Positions 51,820 through 64,000 of a DNA stretch of 64,000 nt are shown here, piece after piece (position 1 is the first letter of the stretch; every line of letters starts with the position of its first letter). Under the pieces are notes generated by a model. The model had not been told where the DNA came from. It made no database searches and was given only the letters and a program-made list of their open reading frames with translations. Source of the stretch: Anaeromyxobacter sp. (GTDB lineage Bacteria; Myxococcota; Myxococcia; Myxococcales; Anaeromyxobacteraceae); NCBI GenBank assembly GCA_049840735.1, contig JASGJN010000026.1:32001-96000 (forward strand), given 5' to 3'. Made by a program: the position numbers and the translations under genes.

Positions 51820-53542
51820 CTACTTCTTCTCTTCGTCCTTCAGCCGGTCGTACTCCAGCGGGTGCTCCTCCTTCATCATCTCGAGCGAGATGCGCCCGTG
51901 GATCCACGCCCAGTTCATGGGGAAGATTCGAAGGCTTGAGGTGCACGTTGTAGAAGTGCACCACGAAGAGGAAGGCGATGGCCAGCGTGGCCTCCTCACC
52001 GTGGATGATCTGCGCCACGGTGATGAGCCAGCCCGGGGCCCAGCTGGCGAACCAGACCGGGAACCAGAAGATGAACCCGGTGCCGACCATCATCACGATG
52101 CCCCAGAACACCGCCCAGTAGTCGAACTTCTCCAGGTAGTTGTACTTGTCGAACCGGGGCCGCTCCTTGCGAAGCCCGAGCATGAACAGGATGTTGTCCC
52201 GCATGTCGATGGCGTCCTTTGGGCCGGGCAGCATCGACAGCGGCAGCACCTTCCGCGAGGCCAGCAGCGTCAGGTAGGCCAGGTGGTAGACGGCCGAGAT
52301 GATGATCAGCACCGCGCCCACGCGGTGCCACATGGCCGCGCCGTGCGGCCCGCCGAACAGCGCCAGGATCTCCTTCGAGTAGGGCGCCGCGACGCCGCTG
52401 CCGGCGCCGCGCAGCGGCCAGCCGGTCACGCCCAGCAGGATCACGCCGGAGAGCATGAAGATGTGCTGGACGCGCTGGTGGATGTCGAAGCGCTTGGCGC
52501 TCTTGATCTGCTCGTCGGTGGGCCCGCCGTGACCCTGCTTGCGCGCCAGCCGCACGCGCAGCTCGTAGAAGGTGTCCACCGCCACGTGGAAGACGAAGAA
52601 GAGCAGCGTCAGCGTGGTGAGCCAGGAGAAGGCGATGTGGACGAAGTGCGGGACCTGGCCGCCCATCTCCTGGATGGGCTTGTGGGCCACCAGCGCCGAG
52701 AAGGTGGTGGTCGCGCCGGCGTGGCAGCGGGCGCAGGCCTGCGCGCGGTTCCCGGCGTGGACGATGGAGGCCTCGTCGGTGGGCGGGAGGATGCCGTGCG
52801 AGCCGCCCTGGTCCCTGGGCTGCGCGTGGCAGTTCATGCAGGACGGGGCCACGTTGGAGCCGAGCCGCACCAGCCGGCCGTGGATGGAGTCGAAGTAGGT
52901 GGGGACGGTCTCGGGGTCGAGGCCGGCCTGCTGGGCGAAGGCGGCGTTGCCGTGGCAGGCGATGCAGTTGGCGGCGATGACGCGGCGGTCGGCGGGCACC
53001 TGCTCGCGCTGGCCGGGCTTGGGCTCCCACTTGCCCAGCGCCTGCACGCCGTGGATCACGCCGTGGCAGGAGGTGCAGGTGGGGCCGGCGGTGGGCGTGG
53101 GGCCGCGCAGCCAGGCGCCGTGGATCGAGGCCTTGTAGGCCATCGCCTCGCCGTCGTGGCAGTCGCCGCAGGCCAGGTAGGCGCGCGGGGAGGAGACCTT
53201 CACCTCCACGTCCTTGCCGTCCTCGCCCTTGCGCACCCAGCGGGCGTCGGTCAGCTTCTTCACCAGCGCGGCGGCGTCGGGCGTCAGCGCCGGCGGCTCG
53301 GTCCCGAAGGCGTGCTCGGCCGTGTAGCCCTGGTGGCAGTCGGCGCAGCCGATGCTGTTCGCGGCGTGGACCGACCCGAGGAACTGGGCCTTGTCCACCT
53401 TGGGCGCGTCGTTGTCGCCGTTCTCGTGGCAGTCCAGGCAGGCCTGGACGTCGGCCGGGACCTTCGGCGGCTCGTCGGCGAGGGCGAGGGTGGGCAGCGA
53501 CGCGGACGCGATGAGCGCGAGGGCGAGGCGGAGAGCTCTCAT
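51820..53542 (-). CDS. Heptaheme cytochrome c fused to a cytochrome b (FdnI-like) domain, CbcL-like; +1 frameshift at ~51927
   Basis: Signal peptide, seven CxxCH motifs, then TM domain QRVQH, WHRVG, KYNYLEKFDYWAVFWG, IHGEEATLA, HFYNVH; corrected C-terminus FPMNWAWIHG..EEHPLEY. Confidence 0.88.
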
Positions 53543-53694
53543 GGGGGCTCGCCCTGGTGCAACGGTCGTGCCCCCTGCGGCCGGGGCGCGCAGGGCGCAA
53601 GCGCCTGGAATTCCGGGGGGCCTTAGCCATTTGCCCCACTGCTGATCGCAGAATCTGCGCAGCCGAGGGTCAGGTGCGGTGGGGTTGCGCGCCC

Positions 53695-53745
53695 GCCCTT
53701 CGACTCCGCGAGCCCTGCGGGCCCGCTACGCTCAGGGTGCGCGGG
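53695..53745 (-). repeat. REP-like palindrome copy
   Basis: GCCCTTCGACTCC-GCGAGCCC-TGC-GGGCCCGC-TACGCTCAGGGT. Confidence 0.85.
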
Positions 53746-55538
53746 CGCTCAGGTGCGCCTTGGAAGGCCAGCCCTCTCGCAGGTGGGCCACCCCGGCCGC
53801 GTCCAGGCGCAGGACGGGGTAGAGCCGGTAGCGCTCGTCGAAGGCCGGGTGGCGCCGGTAGAAGAAGTCGAGCCGGGCGTCCGGGTCCTTCGCGAAGGCG
53901 GGGTCCTGGAGCTGCTGCTCGAAGGCGGCCCTGGCCGCGGGGTCGCTGGCCAGCAGCTGGCGCGCGAAGGGCTCGAGCGCGTAGTCCTCGATGTACTCCT
54001 TCCGCTCGAAGCAGGTGTTGAACTCGCCCCAGGCCAGGTAGCTGTCCGGGCTGAGCGGCTCGAGCAGGTAGGCGGCCAGCAGCGCCGCGGGCTGGTCCAC
54101 CGGCACCAGCAGCGCGCCGGCCCCGACCTCGCGCGTCTCGGTGGCCCAGGCGCCGGCGACGGTGGCGGTCTGGTGCCCCTCGTAGCTGTCGGCCCGCAGC
54201 TCGACCTTGGTGGCGCGGAAGGCCTCCACCTCCAGCCGGCCCGGCGCGGTCAGCGGCACGGTGCGCACGCCGTGCAGGGCCAGCCGCGGCCCCAGCCGCC
54301 CGGCGTCGGCCGCGGGGATGAGCCAGCCGCCGGTGGGCAGCGTGACCTTCACCGCCGGCCTGGGCTCATGGGCCAGGGGCACGTTCCAGACCTGCGGGCG
54401 CGCGGGGTCGTAGCGGACCACCGGCCGGCCGAGGGCCTCGGAGGGCTCGAAGGTGTAGGCGTAGCCGCGGAAGGCCAGCGGCCGGGTGACGTCACCTGCC
54501 GTGAACGTCAGGGTCACCTCCTGCCCGCCCAGCCGCGCCTCCTGCGCGTCGGCCTCGGCCATGGCGGCGCGCCAGCGGACGCCGTCGCGCGCGGCGTCGG
54601 CCAGCAGCGCCCGCAGGAAGTCGGCGGTGCTCTTCACGCGCTCGGCGTAGCTGCGCCAGGAGTGGGTCTCGAGCAGGATGCCGATCCGGTGGTGGGCGGC
54701 CCAGTAGGTGTTGGCGAAGCGGGGCGGGGCGGCGCCGTGGGCGAAGCCGGAGGCGGGGTTCCCGTCGTTGCGGAAGGAGGGGTAGAAGTCCACCGGCAGG
54801 TGGCCGTCGGCGGTGAGCTGCTCCACCAGCGAGGCGGTCAGCGCCAGCCCCAGCGGCCGGAGCGAGGGCGCGTAGCCGAAGCGCGGCTCCATGGTGACCG
54901 AGACGTCGTGCTCGAACTGGGCGCCATCGGTGACGTGCAGGTCGGCGAAGACCACCGGATCCCAGGCCAGCAGCAGCCGCACGATGGCCTGCGTCTCGGG
55001 GGCGTCGGCCTTGGTGAAGTCGCGGTTGAGGTTGTGGTTCCGGGCCGTGACGCGCCAGCCCATCTCGCGCGGGCCCTGCTGGTTGGGCCGCTGGTTGGGG
55101 CCGAAGCGCTCGTGCCCGTCCACGTTGAGCACCGGGACGAAGACGGCCGTGACCTTCGTGAGCGGGCCGGCGTCGCGCCGGGCCAGGAGCTCGCGCAGCA
55201 CCAGGAAGCCGGCGTCCTTGCCGTCGATCTCGCCGGCGTGGATGCCGCCCTGGAACAGGACCACCGGGCGCGCCCGGCGCCGGGCGGTGGCGGGGTCGAG
55301 CACGCCGTCGGCGGAGGCGGCCAGCGCGACCATGGGCCGGCCTTCGGGCGTGGTACCGAACGTGAAGCAGCGCGCCCGGCCGGGGAAGGCGGCGGCGTAG
55401 GCGTGGCAGAGCTGGACGGCCTCGGCGTAGCGCCCGGTCTCCGACGAAGCCGGTGCGCTCGGCGGTGGTGCGCAGGTCGGCCGGGGCGGGTGTCGGGGCG
55501 GGTGCGAGCAGGGCCAGGGCCAGCAGGGGCGCGAGCAT
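53732..55538 (-). CDS. M14 family Zn carboxypeptidase (secreted); +1 frameshift at ~55441
   Basis: Signal peptide MLAPLLALALL, GGIHAGEIDG, NVDGHE, NLNRDF, DLHVTDG, LLETHS. Confidence 0.88.
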
Positions 55539-55767
55539 GGGGCGGGCATTGTAATGGAGGGCTCGGACCTCGGGCGGCCGGGTCGTGGTCCTCGGGGATG
55601 GGGCCGGCGGCCCGGGCCGTCACGTGTGCAAGGGGCGACAGTGTGCCGCGGGCTGTCGCCAGGTGTGGGCGCGCTGTTTCCCTGGGGGCCAGGGTGGATT
55701 ACGCTGCGCGGGTTGGTCTGAGGCCTCGGGGGCGCCCGGTCACGGGCGCACGGCCAGAAGGGGAGCA

Positions 55768-57126
55768 ATGCGGAGCTGCGGGCAGCTTGCGCTGGCGCTG
55801 ACGTGTGCGCTGCTGCCCGTGGTCGCGTCCGCCCAGGCGGGCGGCGGGGGTGGCGCCGGCGGTGGCGGCCCCTCGGGCGCCTCGGTCCCGCTGGTCCGCA
55901 GCCCGGTGGTCCCCTTCCCGCAGCTCTCGCTCTGGCACGCCTACCGCGGCGCCGAGCGGGCCGCGCTGGAGAAGGTGGTGGCCCGCTACAACGCCCGCCC
56001 GAGCGCCCAGGCCAAGGTGGTCCCGCTGGCCATCGACGCGGAGGGCATGGGCGACCGGATCGCGGCCACGGTCCCGCGCGGCAGCGGCCCGGACCTCTTC
56101 ATCTTCGGCCAGGACCGGCTGGGCGGCTGGGTGGAGGCCGGCGACGTGCTGGAGCCGGCGGATCCCTGGGTAGCGGGCCTGCAGGAGGACTCGCGCGTCA
56201 GCCGGCTCGACGTTCGCACGCGCTTCGACCAGGACGTGGTGGGGGCGCTCACCTACCGCGGCCGGCTCTGGGCCCTGCCGCTCAACGAGAAGGCGGTGGC
56301 GCTGATCTACAACCGCAAGCTGGTCCCGGCGCCGCCGCGCACCAGCGCGGAGATGGTGGCGCTGGCGCGCAAGCTCACCGACCCGGTGGCGGGCCGCTAC
56401 GGGCTGGCCTTCCTCTACTCGAACCTCTACTACGACGCGGCGGTGTTCAACGGCTTCGGCGGCGGCGTGCTGGACGGCCGCGGCGCCCCGGCGCTGGACT
56501 CGCCGGAGAACGTGCGCGCCTTCGAGCTGGTGATGCGCTGGAAGCGCGACGGGGTGATCCCGGCGGAGCTCTCGGCCACGCTCTCGGCCTCGCCGGTGGA
56601 CGAGCGCGCGGCCCGCGCGCTGGTGACCTCGCTCTTCGACGCGGGCAAGGTGGCGATGGTGATCGACGGCCCCTGGCTGCTGGCGGACCTGGGGACGGGC
56701 GTGGACGTCGGCGTGGCGCCGCTGCCGGTGCTGGGGGAGGCGGGCTCGCGGCCGATGCGCCCCTGGGTGACGGTGGAGGGCATCTTCGTCACCGCCCAGT
56801 GCCGCGACAAGGACGCGGCCTTCGACTTCGCCCGCTTCCTGACGGACGTGGAGGCGGCCCGGACGCTGGCGCTGGAGGGGCGGCAGACGCCGGCGGCGCT
56901 GCGGGCCTTCGACGATCCGCGCCTGGCGGGCGACGAGGTGCTGGCGGGCTTCCGCAGGCAGGTGGAGGCGGGGATCCACATGCCCAACGCGCCGGAGATG
57001 ACGCTGGTCTACCCGCCGGCCTCGGTCGCGATCGAGTCGATGATCCGCGGCACGCCGCCCCGCGAGGCCCTGGGCAAGGCCCAGACCGCGGCGCAGCGCG
57101 ACGTCCGGGCGCTGCGGCGGCGCTGA
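55768..57126 (+). CDS. Maltose/maltodextrin-type extracellular solute-binding protein
   Basis: Signal peptide, GPDLFIFGQDRLGGW, ALIYNRKL, MVIDGPW, MPNAPEM (MalE-like motifs). Confidence 0.85.
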   Translation: MRSCGQLALALTCALLPVVASAQAGGGGGAGGGGPSGASVPLVRSPVVPFPQLSLWHAYRGAERAALEKVVARYNARPSAQAKVVPLAIDAEGMGDRIAATVPRGSGPDLFIFGQDRLGGWVEAGDVLEPADPWVAGLQEDSRVSRLDVRTRFDQDVVGALTYRGRLWALPLNEKAVALIYNRKLVPAPPRTSAEMVALARKLTDPVAGRYGLAFLYSNLYYDAAVFNGFGGGVLDGRGAPALDSPENVRAFELVMRWKRDGVIPAELSATLSASPVDERAARALVTSLFDAGKVAMVIDGPWLLADLGTGVDVGVAPLPVLGEAGSRPMRPWVTVEGIFVTAQCRDKDAAFDFARFLTDVEAARTLALEGRQTPAALRAFDDPRLAGDEVLAGFRRQVEAGIHMPNAPEMTLVYPPASVAIESMIRGTPPREALGKAQTAAQRDVRALRRR

Positions 57127-57176
57127 GGGGTCGCGTCCTTTCACATTACCCATTCGTCCCTGCAGGGCCCGCGGCT

Positions 57177-57340
57177 CCGTCCGCCCTGGGCCTGTCGAAG
57201 GGCGAAGGGGACCGGTCGTGGTCCCGCTGGACGTCGTCCCTCCGCGCCTCCGGAACGGCCGCTTCGCTCGACTGGGGCCGCATCCGTCCCCGGACAGCAA
57301 GCCGCTGCGCGCGCCTCGAGGGAAGGACACGCGCAGCGGC
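57177..57340. repeat. Short REP plus partial copy of the rod element
   Basis: CCGTCCGCCCTGGGCCTGTCGAAGGGCG, then CGCTGGACGTCGTCCCTCCGCGCCTCCGGAACGGCCGCTTCGCTCG matching ~8855-8900. Confidence 0.8.
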
Positions 57341-57346
57341 CGGGGT

Positions 57347-57372
57347 GGGCGGCGGCGGGGATTCCGCCGCCC
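57347..57372. terminator. GC-rich hairpin between convergent genes
   Basis: GGGCGGCGG..CCGCCGCCC 9-bp stem; no U-tract. Confidence 0.4.
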
Positions 57373-57382
57373 GGGGGTCGCT

Positions 57383-58639
57383 CTAGAACCAGGTCTCGGC
57401 CTGGAGGCCGAACGTGACGCCGCTGGTGTCGTCCGTGAACGTCGGGCCGCCGGTGCTGCCCTTCTGCGCGTCGTTCCAGGAGGCCCAGGTCGCGAAGGCG
57501 CGCAGCTCGGGGCGGGTGAAGAAGGCGCCGGCCGGGCCGGCCGTGGGCATCAGCGTGGGGGCCACGGTGGCCTTGAACATGCTGGTCTTGTCGCCGTTCT
57601 CGGGGATGACCTGGTTGTAGCCGACCTCGACCGCGAGCTTGGCGAAGTCGTTGAAGTGCCAGGCCGGCCGGGCGCCGACGCCCCACTGCTTGTTCACGTT
57701 GGTGCCGTCGTCGTCCTGCTGGTAGGTGCCGACCAGCGCGCCGGAGATGGTGGGCGTGGGCTGGAAGACCAGGTGCTCGATGACGCGGAGCCGCTTCACG
57801 TCGGAGTCGTTGCCGGTCGAGGGGTAGGGGTTCATCCCGTTGGCGTTGCCGGTGGCGTACTGCACGGCCAGCTTGTTGAAGCCGCCGAACAGGTTGGTCT
57901 GCACGTGCTGCACGGTGAACCAGGGGCTGAGCTTCTGCGCGCCCTCGGTCTTCACCTCGGAGGTCTCGCTCAGGTAGGCCAGCATCACGCCGGCCTCGAG
58001 GAAGCCGCCCGGGTTGACCGGCACGCCGGTGATGCGCACGTCCGGGCGCCACACGGCGCGGCGCGGCTCGGAGCCCTCGCCGGCGAAGTCCTTGTTCTGG
58101 AAGACGGCCAGCGAGAGCTTGCCGAAGCCGAGGTCCACGTCCTCGATGCCGCCGCCGAAGCCGGAGACGTCCCAGTAGTAGAAGTCGATGATGTGGACGT
58201 CCTGGCGCTGGTAGTAGCGCTTGCCCACCCAGACGGTGGCGTTCTTGAGCTGCGGCAGGACCACGCCCACCCAGTTCTGGCGCAGCGCGATGGCGTTGCC
58301 GTTGGCGTGGAGGATGTTGTCCTGCGAGTTGCCGGCCAGGCTCTCGTAGTCCTGCTCCTGCGAGGTGGAGTAGGAGAGCATCGCCGAGTACTTGAACTGC
58401 ACGCCCTCCTTGTTCTTGAAGAGCGTCTGGTCGAACTGCAGCTCGCCGTAGGTCTCGCACTCGTTGCCGAGGCGGAACTTGTAGTTGCTGCCCTGGTTGT
58501 TGAAGCAGACCTGCGAGCCGCCGCGGCTGGCGCCGCCGACGCCGGCGCGCAGGTAGCCGTGGAGATCGACCGCCGCGGCCGGGGCGGCGAGCGCCAGCGC
58601 AGCCAGCGCGAGCGCGATGCGGGAGGGGGAAGCCTTCAT
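57383..58639 (-). CDS. lamB: Maltoporin / carbohydrate porin
   Basis: VDLHGYLRAGVG, KFRLGNECETYGEL, WVGKRYYQRQDVHIIDFYYWD, RPELRAFAT, terminal TFGLQAETWF. Confidence 0.92.
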   Translation of the reverse strand: MKASPSRIALALAALALAAPAAAVDLHGYLRAGVGGASRGGSQVCFNNQGSNYKFRLGNECETYGELQFDQTLFKNKEGVQFKYSAMLSYSTSQEQDYESLAGNSQDNILHANGNAIALRQNWVGVVLPQLKNATVWVGKRYYQRQDVHIIDFYYWDVSGFGGGIEDVDLGFGKLSLAVFQNKDFAGEGSEPRRAVWRPDVRITGVPVNPGGFLEAGVMLAYLSETSEVKTEGAQKLSPWFTVQHVQTNLFGGFNKLAVQYATGNANGMNPYPSTGNDSDVKRLRVIEHLVFQPTPTISGALVGTYQQDDDGTNVNKQWGVGARPAWHFNDFAKLAVEVGYNQVIPENGDKTSMFKATVAPTLMPTAGPAGAFFTRPELRAFATWASWNDAQKGSTGGPTFTDDTSGVTFGLQAETWF

Positions 58640-58821
58640 GCGCAACCTCGTGGCGCCAGGGCGCCGGTGTGAGGGGCCTCGGGCAGGGCTCCGCCTGGTC
58701 GTGCAGGCCTCGTCGCCTGCACGCGGAGCACGCCCGCGGCCATCCGGTGTCCCCGCCGGCTCGAGCGCCGCCGGGGTTGCCATGAAGACGACGGTGTTGA
58801 CGGAGTGTGACTCGAGCGCCG

Positions 58822-59397
58822 CTACTCGATCAGCCCCAGCTCGCGCGCGCGCTCGGCGAGGCGCAGCTTCAGCCGCTCGAAGCGCTTGCGCAGCGTGGCG
58901 GGGTCCGGCGCGCCCTCCGGCTCCAGCACCTGGGCGATCTCGGCCCAGGAGAGCTCCTGGTCGATGCGCAGCGTGAGCAGGGCCTGGTCCTCCGCGGACA
59001 GCTCCTCGCGCAGCTTCTCCAGCCCTTGCCGCTGCTGCTCGCGCCGGAGCACGGTGGCGTTGCGGACCTCCTCCGCGATGCGGGAGGCCTCGCCGGTCAC
59101 CATCCGGCGCACGCGCCTGTTCCAGGCCTGCTTGCGCAGGTCGAGCGCGGTGTTCCAGGCCATGCGGAAGGCCCAGACCCGGAACGAGCTCTCGCCGCGG
59201 AAGGAGTCGAGCCCCTTCCACAGCTTCTCGGCGAACTCGCCGAACGCCTCGGTGGCGTCGCCTTCGTCGCGCAGCACGGTGTGCAGGTAGGCCAGGATGC
59301 GCGGGCCGAAGCCGCGCAGCGCGAAGGTGGCCGCGGCGTCGCGGTCCCCGGCGGCCAGCAGCCTGGTGATCTCGCTGTCGAGCTCCTGCGTGTCCAT
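58822..59397 (-). CDS. ECF sigma-70 factor
   Basis: Region 2 LWKGLDSFRGESSFRVWAFRMAWN; region 4 LSAEDQALLTLR..LSWAEIAQVL. Confidence 0.88.
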   Translation of the reverse strand: MDTQELDSEITRLLAAGDRDAAATFALRGFGPRILAYLHTVLRDEGDATEAFGEFAEKLWKGLDSFRGESSFRVWAFRMAWNTALDLRKQAWNRRVRRMVTGEASRIAEEVRNATVLRREQQRQGLEKLREELSAEDQALLTLRIDQELSWAEIAQVLEPEGAPDPATLRKRFERLKLRLAERARELGLIE

Positions 59398-59539
59398 GCG
59401 CGCGGCCTCCCGGGGGCGGGCAGGATAGCGGAGCGTGCAGCGGGAGTCAGTCCCTCGGGCCGATGGCGAGTCGACGAGGCGCGCACGCGCGCGTGACCGC
59501 CGGTCCCGCCCCGCACGCTGGCCCAGCCCCCGCGGCACG

Positions 59540-59555
59540 GTGAAAACGGTTTCAC
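59540..59555. promoter_or_regulatory. LacI-family-like operator palindrome
   Basis: GTGAAA-ACGG-TTTCAC; fits TGWAANCGNTTWCA. Confidence 0.5.
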
Positions 59556-59708
59556 GAACGCTGCGGGAGCCAGCTCCCTCCCAGCCCTGGAATTGCACAC
59601 ACGTACCGCGCGCCTGCGCCGCGCCCCCTGGTCCACCGTCCCCTGAACCGGAGCGCCCCGGCCTGCCGGCTGCTTGGTACACTGTCCGGACCGGAGGGCA
59701 GGGCTCGA

Positions 59709-63496
<3,788 letters not shown>

Positions 63497-63690
63497 TTAC
63501 CTGACCTGTTCGCCCGTGCGCGGCGTGCGCCCCCGCGCGCTGCTCCCCCGAAGGTGCTCCCGTCAGGGGCGCCAAGGTGCAAATACTGCCAAACGCTCTG
63601 CTCGGCACCAGTAGGGTCGAGGGACGGCCCTGCGGCCCCCGGCTTCGCTCGCGCCACGCTGCAGCGGGCGCGGCGCGCGCCCAGATGCCA

Positions 63691-63726
63691 GAAAAGGGAA
63701 AGCCCGCCGGATGCCTTTCGGCGGGC
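63691..63726 (-). terminator. Rho-independent terminator
   Basis: Minus strand GCCCGCCG..CGGCGGGC stem followed by TTTCCCTTTTC. Confidence 0.7.
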
Positions 63727-63752
63727 CCCTCGGCGTCAGCCTCGTCAGCCGG

Positions 63753-64000
63753 CTACTGCGGCTGGATCAGCTTGCACTGGTTGACGTGGTTCTTCGCGGC
63801 GGCGTCGTCGGTCAGCTGGGTCACGCCGACGCGCGCGGCGAACACGCCCATGTGCGCCTCGGTGAGCAGGTAGATGTTCTTGCCGGCCTCGGCGTTCACC
63901 TTGGTGCGCACCTCGTTCTCGGCGTTGACCACCACCTCGTGCTGCCCGGGGGTGAGGGCCGCGACCGCGAAGGTCTTCGAGGCCAGCTGGCCGATGCGGG
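63753..64000 (-). CDS. DUF2846-like protein, 3' part (5' end outside window)
   Basis: RIGQLASKTF..LTPGQHEV..AENE..AEAGKNIY..MGVF..CKLI. Confidence 0.65.
   Translation of the reverse strand, partial: RIGQLASKTFAVAALTPGQHEVVVNAENEVRTKVNAEAGKNIYLLTEAHMGVFAARVGVTQLTDDAAAKNHVNQCKLIQPQ

Noticed and set aside
63577..63593. Sigma54 promoter upstream of mreB (TTGGCAGTATTTGCA on minus strand)
   Set aside because: GG-to-GC spacing is 2 nt too short for -24/-12

Overview
Very GC-rich bacterial chromosomal window, most consistent with an Anaeromyxobacter-like Myxococcota genome (inferred from myxobacterial-style Ser/Thr kinases, an ECF sigma factor, a multiheme c + cytochrome b fusion and the general gene style). 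It holds about 45 mostly housekeeping or envelope genes: YjgR-like ATPase, two rhomboids, malY/patB, cysK, LysR-cidAB, BrnTA, rimO, yajQ, rnj, uvrD/pcrA, pabB-pabC fusion, add, ogt, glgC, an M16 pair, a CbcL-like cytochrome, MalE-like, lamB and mreB. There is also one ISAs1-family IS with a 10-bp target duplication. About ten genes carry indels that look like long-read assembly errors. The most unusual signal is non-coding: about 21 copies of a structured REP-like palindrome (CCGTTCGGCCTGAGCGTAG-[variable hairpin]-GGAGTCGAAGGCC) with extensive compensatory covariation. Three tandem arrays (18-bp, 35/36-bp and 426-bp units) all repeat the CCGTTCGG end of this element, and the largest alternates it with a ~361-nt rod-like hairpin. 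Also notable are an active rhomboid paired with a catalytically dead paralogue, a divergent ECF sigma/Ser-Thr kinase pair with a Thr in the DAED motif, and a recurrent TANNNT-N6-start (leaderless) signature. All calls come from reading motifs; no database searches were run.
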